Part shown: positions 15,774 to 25,011 of the stretch, piece by piece | Position numbering within the stretch: the first letter of the stretch is position 1 | Layout: every line of letters starts with the position of its first letter | NCBI RefSeq assembly: GCF_000017945.1 | Contig: NC_009776.1 | Coordinates: forward strand, 780,001 to 812,000 | Origin: Ignicoccus hospitalis KIN4/I | Lineage (GTDB): Archaea; Thermoproteota; Thermoprotei_A; Sulfolobales; Ignicoccaceae | Length of the DNA: 32,000 nucleotides | Direction of reading: 5' to 3' | Notes under the pieces: generated by a model | Databases searched by the model: none | What the model was told of the DNA's origin: nothing | What the model saw: only the letters and a program-made list of their open reading frames with translations | Position numbers and translations under genes: made by a program

Positions 15774-16102
15774 TGTTTGTTCGGCGTCGTTCTCGTTGTC
15801 CGCTTACCGTCGTCCGCTTCCCTGACCCTTACGTGTCCCTCTTGCATGTCTTGTGCAGTTAATCCGATATTGGTACGACCGATCAACACACCTATTCACC
15901 GTATCTTTCTATTCATATTCGGAGTTATAAGTTTTTCACCTTCGGACATCGGAGTCCAGAATTATGAAAATACGTGGGCTTGGAAGTTCTCTTGTACCGC
16001 TCGGCGGTTCAGTATGTGAATGCGAAAAAGATAATAAATAAGTATTAAAATTTGGCGATTTGATGTTCTGAGAGGCTAAGGGGCCAGCATGGTGGCAAAA
16101 AA

Positions 16103-16110
16103 CTTATATA
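16103..16110 (+). promoter_or_regulatory. TATA box for thermosome gene
   Basis: gcaaaaaaCTTATATAga, a strong crenarchaeal TATA/BRE context 29-38 nt upstream of the GTG/ATG starts. Confidence 0.75.
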
Positions 16111-16138
16111 GAACCGGTTCCACCACACCCCACGGTGG

Positions 16139-17773
16139 GTGAGCGCGATGGCGGTCAGGCCTATCGAGAGCATGGGCGTTCCGGTAGTGATACTCAAGGA
16201 GGGCTCCACCAGGACCTACGGCAGGGAGGCTCTGAGGACTAACATGATGGCCGCTAGGGCGGTCGCCGAGGTTCTGAGGACCACCTTCGGCCCCAAGGGA
16301 ATGGACAAGATGTTGGTAGACAGCTTGGGCGACGTGACCATAACCAACGACGGCGCCACCATATTGGACAAGATGGACTTGCAGCACCCCGCCGCCAAGC
16401 TGCTGGTCCAGATAGCTAAGGGCCAGGACGAGGAGGTGGGCGACGGCACCAAGAGGGCGGTGATCTTCGCTGGCGAGCTCTTGAAGCACGCCGAGGACTT
16501 GTTGGAGAAGGACGTACACCCCACCATAATTATCCAAGGTTACAAGAAGGCCCTAGGGAAGGCGCTGGAGAAGATAGAGGAGATCGCCGAGCCCATCGAC
16601 CCTGAGGACAAGGAGAAGCTCAAGAGGATAGCGCTCACCAGCTTGGCCAGCAAGGGCGTGCAAGAGGCTAGGGAGCTGTTCGCCGAGATCGCCGTGGAGG
16701 CGGTAAACACCATCAAGGAGAAGAGGGGCGACAAGTGGTACGTCGACTTGGACTACGTCCAAATAGTCAAGAAGCACGGCGGCAGCTTGAAGGACACCAA
16801 GCTGATAAAGGGAGTGGTCCTCGACAAGGAGGTAGTCCACCCCAACATGCCGAAGAGGGTAGAGAACGCTAAGATAGCCGTGCTCGACGCCCCGCTGGAG
16901 CTGGAGAAGCCCGAACTGGACGCCGAGATAAGGATAACCAGCCCCGAGCAGCTGAAGGCTCTACTGGAGGAGAAGGAGGAGATACTGAGGAAGAAGGTGG
17001 AGAAGCTCAAGGAAGTGGGCGCCAACGTGGTGATAACTCAGAAGGGCATCGACGAGGTCGCTCAGTACTACCTAGCGAAGGCCGGCATAATGGCCGTCAG
17101 GAGGGTGAAGAGGAGCGACCTGGAGAAGGTGGCCAGGGCCACCGGCGCCAAGATAATCAGCAACGTCGAGGACATAACTCCCAACGACTTGGGCGAGGCC
17201 AAGCTAGTGGAGGAGAGAAAGGTAGGCGACGACAAGATGGTCTTCATCGAGGGCGCCAAGAACCCGAGAGCAGTGAGCGTGCTGATCAGGGGAGGCTTCG
17301 AGAGGATCGTAGACGAGGCCGAGAGGAGCTTGAGGGACGCCCTCAGCGCAGTGGCTGACGCGGTGAGGGCCGGCAAGATAGTGGGCGCCGGAGGGGCGCC
17401 GGAGGTGGAGCTCGCGCTGGCGCTCAGGGACTACGCCAGGGAGGTGGGCGGCAAGGAGCAGCTAGCGATAGAGGCCTTCGCCAAGGCCCTAGAGGGCATA
17501 GTTATGGCCCTCGTCGAGAACGCCGGCTACGACCCGGTGGAGAAGCTGATGCAGCTGAGGGCCGCCCACGCCAAGGAGGGCTGCAAGCACTGCGGCGTAG
17601 ACGTGTACACCGGCGAGATAACTGACATGTTGAAGAAGGGCGCCTTCGAGGCCGTCGCCATACCGGCCAACGCGATCAAGAGCGGAACCGAGGCCGCCAC
17701 TCTGATACTGAGGATCGACGACATAGTGATAGCCGGCAAGAAGGAAGAGGAGAGCAAGGGCGGCGAGAAGTAA
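16139..17773 (+). CDS. thsA: Thermosome (group II chaperonin) subunit
   Basis: [75 protein letters not shown]. An alternative ATG lies at 16148. The subunit letter cannot be determined from this window. Confidence 0.96.
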   Translation: MSAMAVRPIESMGVPVVILKEGSTRTYGREALRTNMMAARAVAEVLRTTFGPKGMDKMLVDSLGDVTITNDGATILDKMDLQHPAAKLLVQIAKGQDEEVGDGTKRAVIFAGELLKHAEDLLEKDVHPTIIIQGYKKALGKALEKIEEIAEPIDPEDKEKLKRIALTSLASKGVQEARELFAEIAVEAVNTIKEKRGDKWYVDLDYVQIVKKHGGSLKDTKLIKGVVLDKEVVHPNMPKRVENAKIAVLDAPLELEKPELDAEIRITSPEQLKALLEEKEEILRKKVEKLKEVGANVVITQKGIDEVAQYYLAKAGIMAVRRVKRSDLEKVARATGAKIISNVEDITPNDLGEAKLVEERKVGDDKMVFIEGAKNPRAVSVLIRGGFERIVDEAERSLRDALSAVADAVRAGKIVGAGGAPEVELALALRDYAREVGGKEQLAIEAFAKALEGIVMALVENAGYDPVEKLMQLRAAHAKEGCKHCGVDVYTGEITDMLKKGAFEAVAIPANAIKSGTEAATLILRIDDIVIAGKKEEESKGGEK

Positions 17774-17790
17774 ACCCGATTAGGGTTTTT
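17772..17790 (+). terminator. Stem-loop plus T-tract downstream of the thermosome gene
   Basis: AAACCC-gatta-GGGTTTTT immediately at the stop codon. Confidence 0.6.
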
Positions 17791-17814
17791 GGGACTCCCT
17801 CCTTCGGGAAGCCC

Positions 17815-18597
17815 TTGGTCAAGCCCATCCTGATTAACGGTTTCCCGCGCTCCGGGACCACTTACTTGTTTAGGTACTTGCAGTGGAAGTTCGGCGAGGC
17901 CCTCTTCGAACCCCTCACCTCTCCTCAAGTGGCCGTCGAGTTCATCAAGGACGAGAGGTTGAAGAGGGACCTGTTAATCAAGAACCCTTGGAACGTGAAC
18001 GCATCCTTCTATAGGTCGTGGTGGATCTACGACACCAAGACGTTGGAGGAGTTCAAGGAGTTGGTGAAGGGCATCCCCCTCAAGGAGGTGACGCTCCACT
18101 TCTACTTGGACCTCTTCCAAGACGGCTGGGAGGTCTACCACATAATCCGCCACCCTGCAGACAACTACTTCTCTTACGTCAACTACTTCTACGGGGGAAG
18201 AGGTTTCGGAAGGAAGTTAGCTTTCTCGGCGCTGAAGGGCTTAGCCAAACTCGGCTTCGACTCTCACAAGTTCTTCGCCCTGTGGGAGATGGCTACTAGG
18301 ATATGCCCCATAAGCTCTTACTCTAAGATAAGGAGGTCCTTCGAGGCCGCCTTCGTTTACATGTGGACCGTCGCCAACTGGACGGCCCTCAAGACCTTGG
18401 GCGAGCGGAGGATATTAGTTTACGAGAAGCCGGAGACGCTCGAGACCTTGCCGGAGTTCCGCGAGTTCTCCAAGAATAACCCATTCAAGAAGAAGACTTA
18501 CGAGGGGAGGGAGAAACTCTTCAAGAAGTTCGATGCCCTCGCCCGAGAGGTAGGGGTGGGAGAGGAGTTCGAACTCCTTATGGAGCTCATGAGGTAA
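17815..18597 (+). CDS. Sulfotransferase-family-like P-loop protein
   Basis: N-terminal ILINGFPRSGTTYLFRYL (5'-PSB-like loop) and VYHIIRHPADNYFSYVNYF (3'-PB-like). Confidence 0.8.
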   Translation: MVKPILINGFPRSGTTYLFRYLQWKFGEALFEPLTSPQVAVEFIKDERLKRDLLIKNPWNVNASFYRSWWIYDTKTLEEFKELVKGIPLKEVTLHFYLDLFQDGWEVYHIIRHPADNYFSYVNYFYGGRGFGRKLAFSALKGLAKLGFDSHKFFALWEMATRICPISSYSKIRRSFEAAFVYMWTVANWTALKTLGERRILVYEKPETLETLPEFREFSKNNPFKKKTYEGREKLFKKFDALAREVGVGEEFELLMELMR

Positions 18598-18656
18598 TTC
18601 CATTCAAATTCTTCATTTGACTAGTTGGTAAGCCATGGGGAGGTTTAACATTCTAT

Positions 18657-18663
18657 CTTATAG
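18657..18663 (+). promoter_or_regulatory. TATA-like element for the FAD oxidoreductase gene
   Basis: cttatag 34 nt upstream of the GTG start at 18697. Confidence 0.45.
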
Positions 18664-18696
18664 TTACCCGCGCGAGCTTCCCTAACGGTGAAGTAA

Positions 18697-19800
18697 GTGG
18701 CGAAGGTAGTCATCTTGGGCGGCGGTGTCGCCGGCCTCACCGTGGCTCACGCGCTGGCCGAAAAGGGCGTCGAGAGCACCGTAGTCAGCTTGCACGACTA
18801 CTACATCAGCGGCCCCAGCAGGCCGCTCATCTTGAGCGGCGAGCAGAGCGTCGACCGCATCACCAGGGGGTACAACTTCCTCCCCAAGGAAATCAAGGTG
18901 ACCTACGGCAGGGTCGAGGAGGTCGACTTCGCCAACCGCAAGGTCAAGCTGGCGAACAAGAGGGAGCTGGACTACGACTACTTGGTGGTTGCCCTCGGCC
19001 TGAGGTACGCTTACGACGCCATTAAGATTGAGGACCACGTGTTCAACGTTTACGACTTGGGTAAGGTGTTTGACCTAAAGCACTTGGTGTGGAACATAAC
19101 TGAAGGCACCATAGTGGTCAACGCCCCCAAGCAGCCCTACCGCTGTGCCCCCGCACCCGGCGAGACCGTCATGACCATAGACATGATATTGAGGCACAGG
19201 GGAGTTAGGGACAAGGTGAAGCTGATATTCGTGGACGGAAACGAGAAGCCCCAGCCTCCGGTGATAGCGGACGTGTGGCTCAAGCTCTTCGAGGAGGCCG
19301 GCATAGAATACTACCTCAACAAGCAGATAACTGAAGTAACCAAGGAAGGAGTGGTTCTGGACGACGGCACCCAGATAAAGGCCGACTACAAGGTCATACT
19401 GCCCCCCAACAAGCCCGTCTTGTTCGACAGCTGGCTGGAGGTCAGGGGTCCCAAGGACTTGAGATTGAAGGATTACGACGACGTCTTCGCTGTGGGCGAC
19501 ATAGCCAAGCTCCCCTTCCCCAAGAACGCCGAGATAGCCACCCAGAGCGCGCTCAACGCGGCGGCCAAGCTAATGGAAGAGCTGGGCGTCGGAGGGGGCA
19601 ACTACGTGGACTACAAGTTCTCCGGCTGGGCCTACGCCGGCAACTTGAAGGGCGAGCTGAAGACTTTGAGCGTCCAGTTCAGCTTGGACTTCAGTGAGGG
19701 CAAGCCCAAGGGGAGCAAGGACCCGGAGCCCAAGGAGGAGTACACCAAGAGGAAGGACGCGTGGGAGCAAGCGATGCTCAAGAAGCTCTTCGGTTACTGA
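18697..19800 (+). CDS. FAD-dependent oxidoreductase, sulfide:quinone reductase / flavocytochrome c-like
   Basis: VVILGGGVAGLTVAHALAEKG (FAD Rossmann), DYLVVALGLRY, YRCAPAPGE with a conserved Cys, and DVFAVGDIAKLPFPKNAEIATQSA. Confidence 0.85.
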   Translation: MAKVVILGGGVAGLTVAHALAEKGVESTVVSLHDYYISGPSRPLILSGEQSVDRITRGYNFLPKEIKVTYGRVEEVDFANRKVKLANKRELDYDYLVVALGLRYAYDAIKIEDHVFNVYDLGKVFDLKHLVWNITEGTIVVNAPKQPYRCAPAPGETVMTIDMILRHRGVRDKVKLIFVDGNEKPQPPVIADVWLKLFEEAGIEYYLNKQITEVTKEGVVLDDGTQIKADYKVILPPNKPVLFDSWLEVRGPKDLRLKDYDDVFAVGDIAKLPFPKNAEIATQSALNAAAKLMEELGVGGGNYVDYKFSGWAYAGNLKGELKTLSVQFSLDFSEGKPKGSKDPEPKEEYTKRKDAWEQAMLKKLFGY

Positions 19801-19802
19801 AC

Positions 19803-20960
19803 TCACTTTTTCTTGAGTATTGCGATAAAGAAGCCCGGCTCCCCGTGCACGCTCGGGCTCACCTTAACTGGGGTCTTCCCCCAAGGGGTGTCCTTCTCGA
19901 CCACTTCGAAGCCCATCTCCTCCGCGAACTCCACCACCCGCTCGTTCTCTGTCTTAGTTAAGGTACACGTGGAGTAGAGCATTAAACCCCCTTTCTTCAA
20001 CAATTTGTAGGCCACCTTGACGAACTGTTTTTGGTACTCGAACGCGTTTATCATATCTTCGTCCTTCTTGACGTCCCACACCTTCGGTATCACGCCTATT
20101 GCTGTGCACGGGGGGTCTACTATCACCCTGTCCGCCTTCCCCACCAAGTGCGGGAAGTCCAAGTCTAGGTACCTCGAGTCCGCCCTGACGACCTCGAAGG
20201 AGTGCCCGAGCCTCCTCATCTCTTCCATCATTTTGCTTATTCTCTTCTTAGAGATGTCGAAAGCTATTACCTTCCCCTTCCCCCTCAACAGCTCGTACGC
20301 GTGGAAGGCCTTGCCTCCCGGGGCGGCGTTCATGTCGACCACCAACCCCTCGGGCTCCAGCGCCCTCACCGCGGCCACTGCCGGAGCGCTCTGGGGGTAG
20401 ATCAAGCCCTTCTCGAAGGACTTCAGCTCTCTGAACTTAGGGGCCTTGAACTTAGTTACTACCGTTTCGACGACCTTTCCCCTCCGCGGGGGTTCCCCTT
20501 CGAAGAGGGCCCTCCCGAAGCCCACGGGCTCCAAGGTCTTCTCCGCTAAGACGGTCACGGGCTCTCCCGCCTTGACCCCCTTAGCCTCCAAGAGGCCCGG
20601 GGCGTAGAGGTCGGCCCCCATTAAGACGCTCTCCGCGGCCCTCTTGTCCGCCACCACGACCGCGTCGGTCAAGGGGACTTCGAAGGGCCCCTCCACCCGC
20701 ACGCAGACCAGCTCCTCGTAGGGGTAGGGGGTCTCGGGCTCGTAGCCGGTCCTCTCGAGCTCCTCCAAGACCTCCTCCGGAGAGCCCCTCAACAAGTTAA
20801 CCCTCGCGCAGAGCCTCTTGCCCGGGGTCCGGAGCGCCTCGAAGAGCTCGGGGAGGTCGAACTGTTCTCCCAGCTCCTCCAAGATCCGTTTGCCGTAGGA
20901 GAACCTCCCGTCGGCCGGGTAAGCTGTCCTCACTCCCTCAGTCCGGGAGTAATTCCCCAT
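19803..20960 (-). CDS. NOL1/NOP2/Sun-family RNA m5C methyltransferase with PUA-like domain (NSUN6-like)
   Basis: VDMNAAPGGKAFHAYELL, VIVDPPCTAIGVIPKVWD and LMLYSTCTLTKTENERVV. N-terminal segment ADLYAPGLLEAKGVKAGEPVTVLAEK is PUA-like. Confidence 0.9.
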   Translation of the reverse strand: MGNYSRTEGVRTAYPADGRFSYGKRILEELGEQFDLPELFEALRTPGKRLCARVNLLRGSPEEVLEELERTGYEPETPYPYEELVCVRVEGPFEVPLTDAVVVADKRAAESVLMGADLYAPGLLEAKGVKAGEPVTVLAEKTLEPVGFGRALFEGEPPRRGKVVETVVTKFKAPKFRELKSFEKGLIYPQSAPAVAAVRALEPEGLVVDMNAAPGGKAFHAYELLRGKGKVIAFDISKKRISKMMEEMRRLGHSFEVVRADSRYLDLDFPHLVGKADRVIVDPPCTAIGVIPKVWDVKKDEDMINAFEYQKQFVKVAYKLLKKGGLMLYSTCTLTKTENERVVEFAEEMGFEVVEKDTPWGKTPVKVSPSVHGEPGFFIAILKKK

Positions 20961-21011
20961 CCGGGAGCTTCTAAAGCCTCGCTGGCGTGATGCCGATACG
21001 AGGTAAAAAGG

Positions 21012-21983
21012 ATGGCTTACGTAGAGGCCGTGAACAGCGACGAGGTTAAGGGATGGGTAGAAACCGTGACGTCCCTGGGCCCGGAGGAGATAAGGGGCGG
21101 GGTGAGGGAAAGGGCCGAGGTTCCGCTGAACTTTACCTTGCCGGACGGAGTAAAACCGAAGAAGATGTTCCTAGACATCACGGTCAGCGGAGCCGCCGAC
21201 AAGTGGAGGGTGTTCTTGGGAGAGTTCTCAGTGACTAAGGTGTTCAAGCCAGTCATGCAGAAGGAGTACAAGGGCGAGCTCCTCTCGAAGTTCGTCTTCG
21301 ACGTGACCCCCATATCCCACATAGTCGTTAGCGACCCCACTTTGAGGGTGATTAACGAGAGCAGTTCGTCCCTGAGGCTCTTGCAGAGCAGCCTCTTCGT
21401 GTTCTACGAATACCCCGAGCTGGGGGAGCTGAGGTACAGCTATTACGTAACCTTGGAGCCCCACAAGAGCTTCTGGGGCCCGTTGGACCCCCAGAGGAGC
21501 GGCTACTTCTACGGCGTCTTCCGCGCGCGCCCCCGGGCAGAAGTGAAGCTCAAGGTCGGTGACTGCTTGGGCGAGTTCGTTGTAGAGGAGTTAAACGAGG
21601 TAGCCTCGGACTGCGAGAGGGCCAAGTCTTATTACGTCGAAGCGTCAGAAGAGGTAATCCCTTTGAGCTTCGTAGTGGGTTCCTACGTACTTAAACTGCC
21701 CAAGATAAAGATAGAGGAGGCCGAGTACTCGGACGGCAAAGTCCTCTTGAAGTTGAGGAACCTCGGCGACGACGCCGACGACGTGGTGGTGTTGATCTAC
21801 GTCCCCGGCAAGCCGTTGGCTAGGACCTCCTTGGGCAAGCTCCCCTCCGGGGACGAGAGGGAGGTGGAGTTGAAGGTCGAGGCGAGCAAGGGCGTCACAG
21901 GGGCCATAGCGAGGGTGATATGGGTCAAGGGTAAGATGACCGAAGTGGCGGCGGAGAAGTTCGTCTCCTTTCAAGCCTTGTGA
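21012..21983 (+). CDS. Hypothetical protein with C-terminal CARDB/Ig-like domain
   Basis: ILYVPG-type strand pattern: VLLKLRNLGDDADDVVVLIYVPGKPLARTSLGKLPSGDEREVELKV. Confidence 0.7.
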   Translation: MAYVEAVNSDEVKGWVETVTSLGPEEIRGGVRERAEVPLNFTLPDGVKPKKMFLDITVSGAADKWRVFLGEFSVTKVFKPVMQKEYKGELLSKFVFDVTPISHIVVSDPTLRVINESSSSLRLLQSSLFVFYEYPELGELRYSYYVTLEPHKSFWGPLDPQRSGYFYGVFRARPRAEVKLKVGDCLGEFVVEELNEVASDCERAKSYYVEASEEVIPLSFVVGSYVLKLPKIKIEEAEYSDGKVLLKLRNLGDDADDVVVLIYVPGKPLARTSLGKLPSGDEREVELKVEASKGVTGAIARVIWVKGKMTEVAAEKFVSFQAL

Positions 21984-23269
21984 GCTTTGAGCATGCTCCT
22001 CACCTCTTCTTCGGAGATGGGGAAGGGGTACACGTCGGTGAAGCAGGCCACGCAGAGCTCCTCGAGGCCTATGGCCCTCCTCAGCCCTTCCACGCTCAAG
22101 TAGCCCACGCTGTCCGCGCCCCAGAGCTCGCTCAGCTCCTCCTCGCCCCTCTCCGCCGCGACCAGCTCCTCTCTAGAGGGGAAGTCTATCCCCATGTAAC
22201 AAGGGGCCCTCACGGGGGGAGAGGCTATCCTCACGTGCACCTCCTCGGCCCCCTTCTCCTTTAAGAGTTTCACTATCCTCTTCATGGTGGTCCCCCTCAC
22301 TATGCTGTCGTCCACCACCACTACCCTCTTCCCCTCCACCACCTCCTTAACTACCCCGTACTTCTTCATGGCTATTACCTCCCTTAGGCCTGGGGGCATT
22401 ATGAAGCTCCTCCCCAAGTACCTATTCTTCACCAAGCCCTCGTCCAAGGGGATTCCCGAGCGCCTGGAGTAGCCTATCGCCGCGCTCCTCCCCGAGTCCG
22501 GGACCGGCAAGACCACGTCCGCGTCCGCGGGCTTCTCCTCGGCTAGTATCATTCCCATCCTAACCCTAGACACGTGGACGTTAACCCCGTTGAAGTAGCT
22601 CTCCGGCCTCTGGAAGTACACGTACTCGAAGGCGCAGTAGGCCTTCCTCCTGTCGTAACTTATTTTGGCTTCCTTGGTGGGGACCCCCTCCTCGAGCATG
22701 ACCAGCTTGTTGGGCTCCAATTCCTCCCACGTCATGCCGATGTCCTCCAGCGCCGCGGTCTCGGAGGCCACATGGGGCCAGCGGTAGGCCAGCGGCCTGA
22801 AGCCCCAAGGGTCCCTCGCGACCAACACCCTCCCGTCGGCGGCGAGGGCGACCAAGCTGTAGCTCCCCTTCGCCCTCTCTAGCACCCTCCTGGCCGCCTC
22901 GAAGAGGTCCAACCCCTTAGTCTTCTCGTTAATGATGGATTTGATTAGGGCTTCCGCGTCCCACCGGGAGCTGGGCTCGAGGAACTTGAAGTTTATTATA
23001 TTACCATTGAAGGCAAGGGCCAATTTCTTCGTTACGACAGGCTGAACCCTGGCGTAGCCGCCGGACGTGGAGTACCTCACGTGGCCTATCGCGGGCCCCT
23101 TGTGCGGGGCCTCCTTTATCGCGTCTTTTACTAGCCCCATCCCTCCCGAGAACTTGATCTCCCCGTCCTCGACCCAAGCGACGCCGGCGCTCTCTTGGCC
23201 TCTGTGCTGAAGGCCCTCTAGGAGCACGTAGACCTCGTCGGCCCACGGGGCCGCGGCCACGCCACACAA
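21971..23269 (-). CDS. purF: Amidophosphoribosyltransferase
   Basis: MCGVAAAPWADEVYVLLEGLQHRGQESAGVAW (N-terminal nucleophile Cys) and VVVVDDSIVRGTTMKRIVKLLKEKGAEEVHVRIASPP (PRPP motif). Confidence 0.96.
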   Translation of the reverse strand: MCGVAAAPWADEVYVLLEGLQHRGQESAGVAWVEDGEIKFSGGMGLVKDAIKEAPHKGPAIGHVRYSTSGGYARVQPVVTKKLALAFNGNIINFKFLEPSSRWDAEALIKSIINEKTKGLDLFEAARRVLERAKGSYSLVALAADGRVLVARDPWGFRPLAYRWPHVASETAALEDIGMTWEELEPNKLVMLEEGVPTKEAKISYDRRKAYCAFEYVYFQRPESYFNGVNVHVSRVRMGMILAEEKPADADVVLPVPDSGRSAAIGYSRRSGIPLDEGLVKNRYLGRSFIMPPGLREVIAMKKYGVVKEVVEGKRVVVVDDSIVRGTTMKRIVKLLKEKGAEEVHVRIASPPVRAPCYMGIDFPSREELVAAERGEEELSELWGADSVGYLSVEGLRRAIGLEELCVACFTDVYPFPISEEEVRSMLKAHKA

Positions 23270-23304
23270 TACATTTATACCCTACTGAGGGCCGCCCGCA
23301 CGAA

Positions 23305-23859
23305 TTATATCCTTAAACTGTAAGAGCTCCTCTCGAGCCTCCCGCCCTTGAGGGCGTAGAGGTCCACCTCCAAGGCGCCCTTGGACGGCCTAACTATCAT
23401 GAACGTGGGGTCGCCCCCCAAGCTGCTCCCGCCCCAAGTGCCGGTCACCGAGCCGGGGTTGAGGTGGAGCACCCCCTTGTGTTCCTTGATTAGGGGCTTG
23501 TGTAAGTGGCCGTGTACTATTACCCTCGCCCCCCTCGAGAGGGCCATCGCGCTCAAGGCGTCCAAGTTCCCGCGGGGCCTCACTTGGTGCCCGTGGACGA
23601 CCAACGCCTTAACGCCGTCGAGCTCCACCAAGGCTTCCTCCGGCAAGGGCAAGTAATCCATGTTCCCCCTCACCGCCTTTACCTCTTCCCCCAAGCCCTT
23701 GAGCCACTCCAGCACCTCCGGCCCTGTCAAGTCCCCAGCGTACAAGACTAGGTCGAAGGGGGCCTCGGAGGCCAGGAACTCCCTTATCTCCTTTGGTATT
23801 TCCCTCTCCCTATCCGGCACGTGGGCATCCGAAGCGATCAATACCTTCAACGCCCTCAC
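23305..23859 (-). CDS. Metallophosphoesterase, YfcE/MJ0936 family
   Basis: VLIASDAHVPDREREIPKEI, DLVLYAGDLTG, VRGNMDYLPLP, VVHGHQVRPRG, VIVHGHLHKPLIKEHKGVLHLNPGS. Confidence 0.92.
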   Translation of the reverse strand: MRALKVLIASDAHVPDREREIPKEIREFLASEAPFDLVLYAGDLTGPEVLEWLKGLGEEVKAVRGNMDYLPLPEEALVELDGVKALVVHGHQVRPRGNLDALSAMALSRGARVIVHGHLHKPLIKEHKGVLHLNPGSVTGTWGGSSLGGDPTFMIVRPSKGALEVDLYALKGGRLERSSYSLRI

Positions 23860-24601
23860 CCCCTAACATGAGCTTAACCTTGGACAAGGTCCTCTGAGGG
23901 ACACAAGGCTCCCCCGGGAAGAGGTCCCTTCCGGCGACGGGCGGGGGAGAGCGCTTAATAATGAGGGGCTCGGGGAGGGCCTCCGCGAGCGCCTCCAACC
24001 CCGGGTAGGGCTCGTGGGGGAAGACCCTAGCCCCCCTTCGGGCCAACAGCGCGGAGGCCAAGAGGCCCTTGAGGGGGTCCCGGTAGCTCACTCCGACCTC
24101 CCCCTCCACGCCGTAGGGAAGCCCCCCTACCCCTTCCCTTACGTCCCTCGAGGTGTAGACGTAAACCCTCTTCCTTATTTCTACGAAGATCGCCGTCCTA
24201 GGGCTCTTCAAGTCCACCGGAAGGCCCAAGGCTTCGCCCACCTTCGCGGCGAGCTCCACGCTGGTCAATGGGTACCTCTTGTCCCCCCTCTTGACCCTCA
24301 CCGCCACCGGAGGCTCCGCCTTCACCACTTCGGCTATGGCCTCCACTAGCTCCTCCGGAGGCGCCTTCTCGAGGGCGAACGCGCGGGCCACGTGGTGGAC
24401 CCCGGGCACCCTAGCGACTTCCGCGCTGAACGCCCCCTCCACCACTAACCTCCCGCCCTCGTGCTGGAGCCTTACCTCCAGCCCCCTCCTCTCGTGCCAG
24501 CGCCTTATCGAAGAGGCCAGCGCCCTCTCCATAAAACCTCTCTTCTTTCCCTTGAGGGCTATTTCGGAATAGGCTATCAGAAGGACGGTATCGGGAGACA
24601 T
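23810..24601 (-). CDS. THUMP-domain protein (ThiI N-terminal-like) lacking a recognisable PP-loop domain
   Basis: LLIAYSEIALKGKKRGFMERAL and FVEIRKRVYVYTSRDVREGVGGLPYGVEG match the THUMP/ThiI N-terminal region. No SGGxDS motif follows. Confidence 0.8.
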   Translation of the reverse strand: MSPDTVLLIAYSEIALKGKKRGFMERALASSIRRWHERRGLEVRLQHEGGRLVVEGAFSAEVARVPGVHHVARAFALEKAPPEELVEAIAEVVKAEPPVAVRVKRGDKRYPLTSVELAAKVGEALGLPVDLKSPRTAIFVEIRKRVYVYTSRDVREGVGGLPYGVEGEVGVSYRDPLKGLLASALLARRGARVFPHEPYPGLEALAEALPEPLIIKRSPPPVAGRDLFPGEPCVPQRTLSKVKLMLGGEGVEGIDRFGCPRAG

Positions 24602-24933
24602 GTCGCCTTCTGCCACTTGCGCATGAGCGTCCTACAAGTCTTACACATTAGGTAGCTCAGGTCTTCCGGGGTAGCCTTGTCCTCTGCGATGAGTTTGGCC
24701 ATCAACTTAACTAGCTTGGACGCTTCGGGGTCGTTGAGTATCTCGTTTACTTTGTCCCACTTGCTCCTCTTGTCCTTCAAGTAGTTGCTAACCGTGGAGG
24801 CGGTGGTCCCTATCTTTTTAGCTATCACGTAGTTGCTCAAGTTGTAATGCTTGCTCAAGTAATATACCACGGCCGCCCTAATGGAGGGCAAGACCTCGCT
24901 GGCGGCCACCTCACAGTGGGGTCGCAACAACAT
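24577..24933 (-). CDS. HTH transcriptional regulator
   Basis: SKHYNLSNYVIAKKIGTTASTVSNYLKDKRSKW, then MCKTCRTLMRKW Cys motif. Confidence 0.8.
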   Translation of the reverse strand: MLLRPHCEVAASEVLPSIRAAVVYYLSKHYNLSNYVIAKKIGTTASTVSNYLKDKRSKWDKVNEILNDPEASKLVKLMAKLIAEDKATPEDLSYLMCKTCRTLMRKWQKATCLPIPSF

Positions 24934-25011
24934 ACTCCAATTCCCATTATTAACCTACCGAACGCGACACTTCTTAAATTACTCTTTTGCGCTCCGAGCG
25001 GTGATATTTGG

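Noticed and set aside
15905-15930. ctttctattcatattcggag, possible further CRISPR-repeat copy
   Set aside because: Only the first 8 bases match the repeat-like units well and it is about 650 bp from the others. Not distinguishable from chance.
15777-16019. 80-aa ORF containing CPSCMSC
   Set aside because: No recognisable family, no clear RBS or promoter, and it sits in the low-GC spacer. Likely chance.
15000-16138. Possible structured RNA (RNase P, SRP) or tRNA in the large spacer
   Set aside because: No conserved RNase P/SRP motifs or tRNA T-arm/acceptor pattern seen. GC content is lower than expected for a hyperthermophile structural RNA.
16076-16537. 153-aa minus-strand ORF over the thermosome start
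   Set aside because: Antisense to the strongly conserved thermosome coding region and crosses its promoter. No family similarity.
24847-25011. N-terminal extension of the PDO ORF
   Set aside because: Overlaps the divergent HTH gene and the promoter region. Family homology starts at about 25012.
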